From contig JAHBVR010000012.1 in the NCBI GenBank assembly GCA_019637395.1, positions 65,842 to 129,841 on the forward strand: a stretch of 64,000 bases of DNA, in the 5' to 3' direction. The notes beneath the pieces are model-generated. The model ran no database searches, was not told the origin of the DNA, and saw only the letters and a program-made list of their open reading frames with translations. Shown here piece after piece: positions 48,297 to 56,611 of this stretch. The DNA comes from Vulcanimicrobiota bacterium (lineage in GTDB: Bacteria; Vulcanimicrobiota; Xenobia; Xenobiales; JADMJV01). The translations under genes and the position numbers were made by a program. How positions within the stretch are numbered: position 1 is the stretch's first letter; each line of letters starts with the position of its first letter.

Positions 48297-49463
48297 GATA
48301 GCCAGCGCCACCGGCTCCATGTTGAAGCGGAACTCTTCCATGAGGTGGTTGAGCACCGCCTTCAGGCTGCGGCTGCGCCGGTAAACCTGACGCTGACGCT
48401 GGGCACTGTTACCGCGCTCCAGGATGAGGTGGGCGCGGTGCAGATGGTGAGCGCAGCCCAGGCGTTGGGCGTGGCTTTCCAGGCGGTGGAACAGAGCGTG
48501 CAACTCCTGCCCCAGGCAGGTGATGGTAGCCTGCTCGTCGGTGATCATTTCGGCTTCCAGGCCCCAGCGAATGGCGCGCCACTTGTTCTCGCGCAAACGC
48601 CACTCGGAGGTGTGAGCGGGCAAGCGTCCCTGCTGGCGCTGCTCTTCCAGATAGGAAAACAGGCTCTGCACCACGGCCACCAGCGCCATGGTATCACCCA
48701 GGTGAGCCTGGCCGTCACAAATGCGCAACTCCAAGGTGCCGAAGTGAGGGCAGGGTCGGATATCCCAGTGCAGATCCTTGAGACTCCCGATGGCACCGCT
48801 GCGCAGCATCTGGCGAGTCAGATTCAGATAATCCTGCCAGTCGCGCAAAGGCGGAGCCGGGCCGGAGATGGGCTGGCTCTCGAAGACGGTGGCGCGCGAA
48901 CTGGCCAGGCCGCTGTCTTGACCGTGCCAGAAAGGCGAGCTGGCTGAGAAGGCCAGCAGGTAGGCCAGATAGGGACGAGCGGCGTTAAGTAACTCGATGG
49001 CCTGCTGGCCGCTGGTCATTCCCAAATGAATATGCAGTCCAAAAAGATTCTTGTTCTTGCCGATCCACTGATTTTTCTTGAGCAGGCGGCGATAGCGGCG
49101 GTCCGGATAGAGATGGGCCTCTTGACCCAGACCGGCAAACGGATGGGTGCCCACACCGGCAATGGCGATGCCGAACTTTTCCGCCACTTCCAGTAAGCGG
49201 TAGCTGGATTCTCCCAGGTCGCGCTCGGCTTCATCCACCGTTTTACAGACTCCAGTGACCATTTCCAGCATCGTTGAATAAAATTCAGGCTTGAAGGCTG
49301 AGGAATCACCCAGGGCGGCCAACAGCCGAGGCGAGACGGGGGCCAGGTCGAGCGACTTGCGATCCAGCAGCTGCACTTCGACTTCGACGCCCAGCGTCAG
49401 GAATTCTGAAGGATGAAAGTCCTCATTTTGAGTGGCTAGCTGTAGCATGGATGCGCGCTCCAA
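48294..49463 (-). CDS. ybdK: Carboxylate-amine ligase, YbdK / glutamate-cysteine ligase family 2 (GCS2)
   Basis: 389 aa. The N-terminal LTLGVEVEVQLLD motif matches the GCS2 fold. Confidence 0.75.
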   Translation of the reverse strand: MERASMLQLATQNEDFHPSEFLTLGVEVEVQLLDRKSLDLAPVSPRLLAALGDSSAFKPEFYSTMLEMVTGVCKTVDEAERDLGESSYRLLEVAEKFGIAIAGVGTHPFAGLGQEAHLYPDRRYRRLLKKNQWIGKNKNLFGLHIHLGMTSGQQAIELLNAARPYLAYLLAFSASSPFWHGQDSGLASSRATVFESQPISGPAPPLRDWQDYLNLTRQMLRSGAIGSLKDLHWDIRPCPHFGTLELRICDGQAHLGDTMALVAVVQSLFSYLEEQRQQGRLPAHTSEWRLRENKWRAIRWGLEAEMITDEQATITCLGQELHALFHRLESHAQRLGCAHHLHRAHLILERGNSAQRQRQVYRRSRSLKAVLNHLMEEFRFNMEPVALAI

Positions 49464-49579
49464 TCCCGTAAAATCGGCGATCGCTGACCGCCTCTAGAAT
49501 AAAGCTTAAGAGGACGGGTGCCCGGTCCGTTAGGTACTCCAGTATGGGGCCTATAGTTGCCTGTTGCTAGGCCGGTCCG

Positions 49580-49622
49580 GTTGGCAAAACGCAAAAAGCG
49601 CCAGGGAAGTCTCCCTGGCGCC
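49580..49622 (-). terminator. Rho-independent terminator for the nuclease gene
   Basis: 10-bp perfect stem GCGCCAGGGA/TCCCTGGCGC with loop AGTC. On the minus strand it is followed by TTTTTGCGTTTT. Confidence 0.75.
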
Positions 49623-49646
49623 CGACTGGAAGCGAAACCGCGGCCG

Positions 49647-50642
49647 TTACTTGCCCTTGGGGGCTTCCTGGATATCGCCGAAGTGGATGTGGGTCATGTC
49701 TTCGAGTTGTTTGATGGTCACGCGGAACTGGTCGAAGTTGGTGAGTTCGATGTGGTGCTGGCCCTTGGATTCTTGATTGATCAGGTCGTCCTGGTGCATC
49801 ACGTAGGCGGCGCCTTGCAGACCGCCTTTTCCATCGGCCTCCACAGCCACTTTGTAGAAGGCGCGGGGGGTCTGGGTGGGCGGGTTGATTTTGCCCTTGT
49901 TGTTAAACTTGGGATCATCCTCTTGCAACACCGGGCCGGTGAATACGGTCACTTTCTTGTGCTCGTTGATGGCGCCGTTAAGCACGTGGTTCTCCAGGTC
50001 CAACCAATTCTTCTGATTGAGGTCGGAATGTTGGAGAGCAGCGTTGGTATAGACGAAGGTATCGTCCTGACCTTTCCCGGCGTCCGGTCCCCACATCGGG
50101 TCGCGGCGGCGCACCATGTGGCCTTTGTCGAAGGAGTTGTTGGAGTAGGCTTCGTTACCGAGCTGATACTTACGCTCGATACGCGAGTCGAAGACCCACT
50201 TGCCATCGCGCTCGTGCTCGACATATTGCGCGCCGTCCACGTTGACGGCGGTGAGCAAGGGCGTGCGGCGCTCTTTGTGCTGGATGACCGAGAAATGAGT
50301 ATACTTCAGCTCGTGGCTGCTCGGGTCATCCTTGAGCGGGGCAGCCTGGGCCTCCAGCTCAGGGTCCAGCCTGGGCAGCGGCAGATCGACGCCCAGAAAA
50401 TCGGCCTGGTAGCCCTCGCGGTTGGGGAAGTCGCGAAACAGCTCTCCACCCATCTGGTGAGGGGCTTCGTTCTTGGGAACGCGGCCCTGAGACCTGGCGA
50501 AATCGCGCAGGCGATTGGCGTCCTGTGAATGCTTGTGGTCGTCCCGGACGTAGCGATCGCTATGGCGTTCGTTCTTGGCCTGACCCTTTTTATGGTCATA
50601 GCGGGAAACGACATTCTGGTTATGGTTCAGACGGGTCAACAT
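49647..50642 (-). CDS. DNA/RNA non-specific endonuclease (EndoG / NUC-like), no signal peptide, His/Lys/Asp-rich N-terminus
   Basis: Endonuclease_NS active-site region FDKGHMVRRRD (compare the DRGH motif) with a downstream N...E. The 323-aa plus-strand ORF at 49557..50528 is an antisense artefact. Confidence 0.65.
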   Translation of the reverse strand: MLTRLNHNQNVVSRYDHKKGQAKNERHSDRYVRDDHKHSQDANRLRDFARSQGRVPKNEAPHQMGGELFRDFPNREGYQADFLGVDLPLPRLDPELEAQAAPLKDDPSSHELKYTHFSVIQHKERRTPLLTAVNVDGAQYVEHERDGKWVFDSRIERKYQLGNEAYSNNSFDKGHMVRRRDPMWGPDAGKGQDDTFVYTNAALQHSDLNQKNWLDLENHVLNGAINEHKKVTVFTGPVLQEDDPKFNNKGKINPPTQTPRAFYKVAVEADGKGGLQGAAYVMHQDDLINQESKGQHHIELTNFDQFRVTIKQLEDMTHIHFGDIQEAPKGK

Positions 50643-50756
50643 GTGTGCGGGTTTACCTCTCCGGGATCTGATCGCAGCTTATACGGACCGGGAGGTTAAA
50701 ACTGTTACAAAAACATGAACAGGCCGGAGAGACAGGGAAATGTTTTCAGCAACTTT

Positions 50757-52400
50757 TCAGGACAAAGCCAGCTCGGCGCGATGATACAACTCCAAAAGCT
50801 CCAGCCTTGGCTCGACTCCGAAGTCGTTCTGCAGGCAGTTTTTCACCTCGCGAAAGCGCCTCACCACCTGCTCGGGCCGGCCCAGGCGCAGCCAGGAGCG
50901 GAAGAGCACGGCCACCAGATCCTGGCGTTCCCAACCTTCCTCCCCCACCCCCTCGGCGGCGCGCGCGCTTTCTTCGAAATCCCCGCGCGCAAAGGCCATA
51001 TTGGCCTGGCGGCAGGCGAATCGTAAGTAGTCCTCGTGAAACTGGTCGCGGCGGCGCAAGATCCAGTCCTCGAAACCACCCTCTAAATAAGGCCCCCGGT
51101 AAAGACTCAGAGCACGCTTCAAATCGCCTTCCTCCAGAGAGTCGGCGCCCACCGAGCGGAATTCGACCACGTCGGACCAGAGCGGGAATTCGCGCGGCAT
51201 GATCACAAAGCCGGCCCGACGCTCCAAGGGATCCAGAGTGCAGCCTTCGGGACGCAGGATGGTACGCAGCGTGCTCAGGGCGCCGCGCAGGCTTTTGCGG
51301 GCCGAATCACCACCCTGAGGCCAGAATTCATCCATGAGCACCTCTTCGTTGCAGCGCAAATCGCGTGAGCCCAACAGATAGGCCAGCAGCATACGCACTT
51401 TCTGCGACTTGAAGCGCCCGGCCGGCACTTGCTCGTTGCCCACCCAGACTTCAAAAGGCCCGAAGCTATGCACGCGCACCTTGGGCTGCTCCACACTGAC
51501 GCTGAGTGGCCTGGACGAACTGGCCGAGAGCTTTTGCTGCAGGAGCTTCCGCACCTGGGCCGGGGCCAGGTGCGGCGCCGGAGGCTCCAGGAGGCAGGCG
51601 CGCCCTCCCGTTTGGGAGAGCAAGTTGGCGGCCAGCGCGGCGGCTCTTTCGGAGTTGGCCTCGGCCAGCACCATGAGAAACTGGTTCTCGGCCAGCCGGC
51701 CCAGTGCCTGGTAAGGCGCCAGTTGGCGTCGCAATTCCTCGGCCTTGGCGCGGGCCACTTCGGTTTCCAGCAAAAGCACCATCAGGGGACGGCCGTGCTC
51801 GCTGCTGCGCAGGCTTTCCCGCCGCAGGATGTCGAGGATGGCTTCAGCCGACCAGCTGCGCGTCAATGGGTCTACCAGCGAGCGCCTCTGCTGACTATCG
51901 GATTCCTCCCAGAGGGCCTGCTCGCTGCTGCTCCAGGACGAAGCCCGCAGCTCGGTTTCGGCGCAGGCGGCCAGGTCTTGCAGCGCGGCCAGATCCGTTT
52001 CGCTGAATTCCCGAGACTTTTGATCGAGAATGCACAGGGTGCCCACCAATTTGCCTTCCGGGGCGCGCAACGGCACTCCGGCGTAAAAACGCAAGTGAGG
52101 CTCGCCGCAAACGATGGGAAATTCACAGAAACGTTCATCCTGGTCGAGTTTGTTCAAGACCAGCGCCTGGCCAGCGCGCAAAGCGTGTACGCAGAAGGAA
52201 ATCTCCACCGGTGATTCAGTCAGAGTCGTTCCCTGAGCGGATTTGAACCACTGCCGGTCGGGCGTAACCAGGGTGAGCAGAGAGACGGGCACGGAAAAGC
52301 AGCGACGGGCCAGACGCGTGAGGCGATCAAAACGCTCCTCGGCGGGACTGTCCAAGATCGCCTCGCAGGTGGGTCCCAGCAGACTGCTCAGCTCATCCAT
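50757..52400 (-). CDS. GAF / degenerate GGDEF / winged-helix-BTAD (SARP-type) transcriptional regulator
   Basis: N-terminal GAF. Middle segment with a degenerate GGDEF (RLAENQF in place of RxGGDEF). C-terminal FGPFEVWVGNEQV...KVRMLLAYLL is a Trans_reg_C wHTH, followed by a BTAD-like helical domain. Confidence 0.6.
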   Translation of the reverse strand: MDELSSLLGPTCEAILDSPAEERFDRLTRLARRCFSVPVSLLTLVTPDRQWFKSAQGTTLTESPVEISFCVHALRAGQALVLNKLDQDERFCEFPIVCGEPHLRFYAGVPLRAPEGKLVGTLCILDQKSREFSETDLAALQDLAACAETELRASSWSSSEQALWEESDSQQRRSLVDPLTRSWSAEAILDILRRESLRSSEHGRPLMVLLLETEVARAKAEELRRQLAPYQALGRLAENQFLMVLAEANSERAAALAANLLSQTGGRACLLEPPAPHLAPAQVRKLLQQKLSASSSRPLSVSVEQPKVRVHSFGPFEVWVGNEQVPAGRFKSQKVRMLLAYLLGSRDLRCNEEVLMDEFWPQGGDSARKSLRGALSTLRTILRPEGCTLDPLERRAGFVIMPREFPLWSDVVEFRSVGADSLEEGDLKRALSLYRGPYLEGGFEDWILRRRDQFHEDYLRFACRQANMAFARGDFEESARAAEGVGEEGWERQDLVAVLFRSWLRLGRPEQVVRRFREVKNCLQNDFGVEPRLELLELYHRAELALS

Positions 52401-52432
52401 GCACGCACCTTCTCGGCCTATCAGAATCAGAC

Positions 52433-53554
52433 CTACGTGGGGATTTGGCCGGTAGTCAGGCGGAAAACAGCGCGCGCCGTGCTTTTCAATCCCTCGAGCT
52501 GACTTTCCAACGAATCAGCCGGCACGTTCGCCAAAGCCTGGGCGAGCATTTCGAACTGGCGCGAGTTGATCTGGAAGCGCCGGGCCATGGCCGGATTCCA
52601 ATGGGCCAGCAGGCGGTCGCGGTCGGGCAGCTCGGCCTTGGGCAAGCCCAATTGGCCGGCTATCTGCTGGTCGAACCGGGTATCTTTGCCCACGTCGGCC
52701 AGGAAGGTGGGAGTAAATTTCAATGAGCCGGCCAGGCCCATGTTCAGCTCCTGAGCTAATCCCTGCACCGATTCCACGGCCATATCGAAGCTGTGGGCGT
52801 AGAAACCGGCCTGATCGGCAAAACGCAGCGCCAGTCCGTCGCGCATTATCTCGACTTGCTTCTCGGGGGGGAGCTGCTGAAGTAGTTCCTGGTAGACCTG
52901 GACTGAACTCTGGCCGTCGTAGCGGGTGCCCATGGCGGCTTTGGGCTGGTCGTCGAAGGGAAAGTCGCTACGGGCCACCAGAGCCTTGGCTTCGATAAAC
53001 TGCTCCGGACTCCAGCCGAAACGCCCGCTCAGTTCCTCTTGCTGCTGCTCCATCCACTCCAACGTCACCTGGGCCCGGGCCGGGGTGCCCGTTTTGACTT
53101 CGCCGCTGTCCACCTGACTGCGATCGTCGGCGTCATGGAGCAGGGCGACCTGCTGGATGAACTGCTTGCGTTCGGGCGACCAACCCAAACCCTGGCCGAA
53201 AGCACCGGCTGCCTCGGCCACCACCAGCGGGTGATCAAAGTTATGGTAAGTTCCACTATTGAGTGCTTGAAACTCGGTGCTGCTGAAATAGCGCGAGGCC
53301 AGCTCGGCTACGCCGGAGCAGGCAGTGCCGTGCCAGCTGGCCTCAGCTCCTCGGGCCAACTGTTCGGCCTTAGGGTTGACCAGCGAAGCGGCCGGCTCCC
53401 ACTTTAACGTCCTGGGTGGGAGATCCCATGGCTGAGCGCTCTCAGCCGAACATCCCGTTTCAAAAGTTGGCGCAGCCGCGGCGGAGTTTGCTCTCGGGCA
53501 ACCCTTGGGGAGGGAGGTGAGGCGAGGCAGGGTCAGGTTGCTGATGATGGCCAT
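52433..53554 (-). CDS. HD-motif domain protein, paralog 1 (uncharacterised family)
   Basis: The track ORF (to 53980) has an implausible N-terminus. The ATG at 53554 has SD AAGGAG 8 nt upstream. H...HD motifs YHNFDHP / ALLHDADDR. Shares a strongly conserved core with the gene at 60047..61012. Confidence 0.6.
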   Translation of the reverse strand: MAIISNLTLPRLTSLPKGCPRANSAAAAPTFETGCSAESAQPWDLPPRTLKWEPAASLVNPKAEQLARGAEASWHGTACSGVAELASRYFSSTEFQALNSGTYHNFDHPLVVAEAAGAFGQGLGWSPERKQFIQQVALLHDADDRSQVDSGEVKTGTPARAQVTLEWMEQQQEELSGRFGWSPEQFIEAKALVARSDFPFDDQPKAAMGTRYDGQSSVQVYQELLQQLPPEKQVEIMRDGLALRFADQAGFYAHSFDMAVESVQGLAQELNMGLAGSLKFTPTFLADVGKDTRFDQQIAGQLGLPKAELPDRDRLLAHWNPAMARRFQINSRQFEMLAQALANVPADSLESQLEGLKSTARAVFRLTTGQIPT

Positions 53555-53750
53555 TGGGGATGCTCCTTTTGGTCGCGGTATTCTCTGTGTGCCAAGCATG
53601 CCCGGCGACCGCCCCGAGATCGCAAACTGGAGGCCGCCCATGTTAACAGTTTGCAACAGTACTGCGGTACTGCTCCGGCGGTGACCATCCGGTCTGGGTT
53701 TCCGGCTCCGGTGCGCGGAGAATAGGGAAAATGGGCGTGGAGGAATTGGA

Positions 53751-54035
53751 ATGGTGAAGCGCTGGCAGGACGAAATCTTACTCGGGCTGGTTTTAATGGG
53801 ATGCTCCGCCTTGGGCGGCTTTTTCGGAGCCAAAATGGCGCAAATCGACGGCTCGGAAACCTTTGGAAGGCTGCCGCCACCGTGCGAGTCGATCATGCTC
53901 AGTTCCGAGCAGCCACCTCCGGTGATTGTGATTGTCGTGAATGACTCGCGCACTTCCGGCGCACGGCCCGAAGCAGCCATCTACACACTCCGGCAGCCCT
54001 TGAATCTAATTCAGAAAACCGTGAATTTCATTTAA
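53751..54035 (+). CDS. Small putative lipoprotein (hypothetical)
   Basis: GGAGG 7 nt upstream of the ATG. Lipobox-like LGLVLMGCS. 94 aa with moderate codon bias. Confidence 0.35.
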   Translation: MVKRWQDEILLGLVLMGCSALGGFFGAKMAQIDGSETFGRLPPPCESIMLSSEQPPPVIVIVVNDSRTSGARPEAAIYTLRQPLNLIQKTVNFI

Positions 54036-54420
54036 GAATAGAAAGTTTTCCACTTATTCACAATTTATACCCAGGTGGACTTATTCCGAGGCTCGCACTT
54101 ATGTTCGTTTCGTGGTGCTTATGCACCACCTCTCAAGTATTATTAATAGACTAGACATTGGGTTCTGGAACCTGTATCATATTGTTCTTATACTTTCGTG
54201 GGTCAACATTCTTAGGGGGAAATTTGGAACCACTCAACAGCGGGCCATCGGTAGGTCCCAGCAACAAGATTCCAGCCCGGAAACGCAAGCCCAGCCCCGA
54301 ATTCCTCACGGCTTTGAACCTTTTGGCAGACAGCTACGTAGTGGCCACCTCGCCGAAAAGCCTTATCGAACCCCCGAAAAGCGCGGCCGGACCGGCCAAA
54401 GCCGAGACCAACCTGGCGAA

Positions 54421-56589
54421 TCAAGGGTAATCTCGGCTTATCCTGGTCTCTTTGCGGCGGAGCACGATCTGGCAGGCCAGAGGCGGATCCAGAACCACCT
54501 GGTCGTCCTGCCAGTGGAGCACCTGGTCGGCGCGGCGCGCCGTGCCCTTGCCCTCCTCGGGAAAAATCCACCAAATGCGCTGTGCCACCGGCTCCTGGGT
54601 GGAAAGGCGGGGAGAATCCAGCGGGATGGCCCGGCCGCCGCGTAGAAAAGTGGGCATTTTCCCCAGCGGCGCCTGCCAGACTCGGAATGCCGGGCCTTCC
54701 ACCACCTGATTCGACCAATAATCATACCAACTGCCGGGGGGGAAATAGATCTGGCGGTGGCTATGGCCGGGACGGGTGATCGGAGCAATCAAAATAGCCT
54801 CGCCGAACATGGCCTGGTCTTCGTGCACGGCACTTTCGGGGTCGTCCGGAAATTCGAAAAACAGCGGGCGCAGAATCGGTTGACCGTGTTCGTGCGCCTG
54901 GCTAGCCAATTCTTCTAAATAGGGCAGTAGCTGGTAGCGGCGCTGAATATGCCCGCGCACGCGTTCTTCCACCTCGGGTCCAAAAGCCCAGGGCTCCTGA
55001 GCACGCGTTCCGAGCGCCGAATGATTGCGCATGAAGGGATAAAAAACGGCCTGTTCCATCCAGCGCTCGAACAACTCGGCGTGGGTGTTGCCGAAAAAAC
55101 CGCCGATATCGACGCCCACCAGCGGAGAGCCGCTCAATCCCATGCTGACCAGTTGGGGTAGAGTAAGGGCCAGGTGCTCCCACCAGGAGTGATTGTCGCC
55201 CATCCAAGAAATCGCCCATTTCTGGGTGCCCACGAAGGCCGAGCGGGTGAGCACCCAGGGGGTTTCCCGCGGTCGCAGTTGGCGCAGGCCCTGGTGGGTA
55301 GCCTGGGCCATTTGATGGCCGTAAAGATTATGCACTTCGGCGTGGACGGTCAAGTCCTCGCCGATGCCGCTGGGCAGACCCAGCGGCATCGGCAACTGCG
55401 AGGAGAAACCCTCAGAAAACGGGCTGGCGAAAGTGGCCGGCTCGTTCATGTCGATCCAAACGCCGGCAATGCCGCGATCCAGCAGGAAACTCTGCTGCTC
55501 GCCCCACCACTGGCGCGCGTCCGCTTTGGCATAGTCGGTGAAGAGAGCGGCATCCGGCCAGCAATAGGCGCTAAAAGGTGAGCCATCCCGGTTTCGCAAA
55601 AAATGACCGCCGGCGCTGCCCTGGCGAGCCACTGCATAGGAGCTGTGCAGGTCGAAGCGGATGCCGGGATCGATGATGGTCACCAGGCGTACGCCCTGCG
55701 CCCCCACTTCTTCCGCCAGGGCGCGCGGATCCGGAAAGCGCTCGGGGTGAAAAGTGAAGCTGCGGAAATCATCCATGTAGTCGATATCCAGGTGGACCAC
55801 GTCGAGGGGAATCCGGCGGCGCCGGAACTGAGCCACCAGTTCGGCAATCTCGCTCTGCTCGCGGTAGCCCCAGCGCGATTGATGAAAGCCCAGCGACCAC
55901 AAGGGAACCTGCATGGGGAAACCGGTCAGCTCGGCCAGCCGGTGGCTGAGTTCGGCCGGAGTAGAGGCGGCCAACACATAGAGATCAGCCTCACCGCCCA
56001 GGGTGCGGATGACGATTTCGTCTTCGTGTTCCAGGCCCAGGTCAAAGCTGGAGAACCAGCTGGAATTCAGGAACAAGCCCAGGGCCAAACCTCGGTTCTG
56101 GGGGCTGACGGGCCGGTGCAGCATCAGGTAGGGATGAGCCTGATACATGGAGGCGATGCCGCGGTGATGGCCGCTGGAGGGCGGGTCGACGGTCCAATTG
56201 CAGAAACAGCCGGGATCGCGGCGCATGGGGCCCATGCGCTGGCCCAGGCCATAATAGGCGGCCGTAGGCTCGCGGCGCAAGCGCAGGCGAATTTCCTGGG
56301 AGGCGGGGCCGGGTGGCAGCTGATCGCCGGGGCGGGCCGGTAGTTGGCCGTGATAGTCCGAGAGCCGCGCCGGGCGACCATCGGGCGGGCTGGCCAGTTC
56401 CAGCAGCGTTCCCCAGTCCGGATGGTTCAGGGCGGTGCCGTCCCATTCGAACTTCGATGGCGTCTCGGCGCTGAGTTCCACCACGTTCCAACTGCGCGCC
56501 GGCCGGAAGTCGGTCAGTGCGTAGTGGAGGCGGTAGATATGGGAGTGGACGGCGTGATGGCGGTGGTGAGAGGCGGTACTCCAGGTCAT
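54421..56589 (-). CDS. Glycoside hydrolase family 31 (alpha-glucosidase / alpha-xylosidase-like), cytoplasmic
   Basis: GH31 catalytic region GIAGVWIDMNEPA. 722 aa. No signal peptide. Confidence 0.85.
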   Translation of the reverse strand: MTWSTASHHRHHAVHSHIYRLHYALTDFRPARSWNVVELSAETPSKFEWDGTALNHPDWGTLLELASPPDGRPARLSDYHGQLPARPGDQLPPGPASQEIRLRLRREPTAAYYGLGQRMGPMRRDPGCFCNWTVDPPSSGHHRGIASMYQAHPYLMLHRPVSPQNRGLALGLFLNSSWFSSFDLGLEHEDEIVIRTLGGEADLYVLAASTPAELSHRLAELTGFPMQVPLWSLGFHQSRWGYREQSEIAELVAQFRRRRIPLDVVHLDIDYMDDFRSFTFHPERFPDPRALAEEVGAQGVRLVTIIDPGIRFDLHSSYAVARQGSAGGHFLRNRDGSPFSAYCWPDAALFTDYAKADARQWWGEQQSFLLDRGIAGVWIDMNEPATFASPFSEGFSSQLPMPLGLPSGIGEDLTVHAEVHNLYGHQMAQATHQGLRQLRPRETPWVLTRSAFVGTQKWAISWMGDNHSWWEHLALTLPQLVSMGLSGSPLVGVDIGGFFGNTHAELFERWMEQAVFYPFMRNHSALGTRAQEPWAFGPEVEERVRGHIQRRYQLLPYLEELASQAHEHGQPILRPLFFEFPDDPESAVHEDQAMFGEAILIAPITRPGHSHRQIYFPPGSWYDYWSNQVVEGPAFRVWQAPLGKMPTFLRGGRAIPLDSPRLSTQEPVAQRIWWIFPEEGKGTARRADQVLHWQDDQVVLDPPLACQIVLRRKETRISRDYP

Positions 56590-56611
56590 GCAAGGCGGAC
56601 TTCGTCCGTCT

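Noticed and set aside
49557-50528. 323-aa plus-strand ORF opposite the nuclease gene.
   Set aside because: Its Val/Gly/Leu-rich composition is typical of antisense in high-GC DNA. The minus-strand frame carries the Endonuclease_NS DKGHM motif and is followed by an appropriately oriented terminator.
53555-53980. N-terminal 142 aa of the 515-aa ORF 52433..53980.
   Set aside because: Ser/Pro/Arg-rich, no homology to the paralog, and there is an internal ATG with a perfect AAGGAG SD at 53554 where the paralog alignment begins. The extension is an artefact of the ORF caller.
54112-54718. ORFs 54112..54645 (+) and 54212..54718 (-) at the GH31 3' end.
   Set aside because: They overlap the well-supported GH31 C-terminus and the AT-rich spacer and have no coherent features. 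Only the short 53751..54035 lipoprotein candidate was retained.
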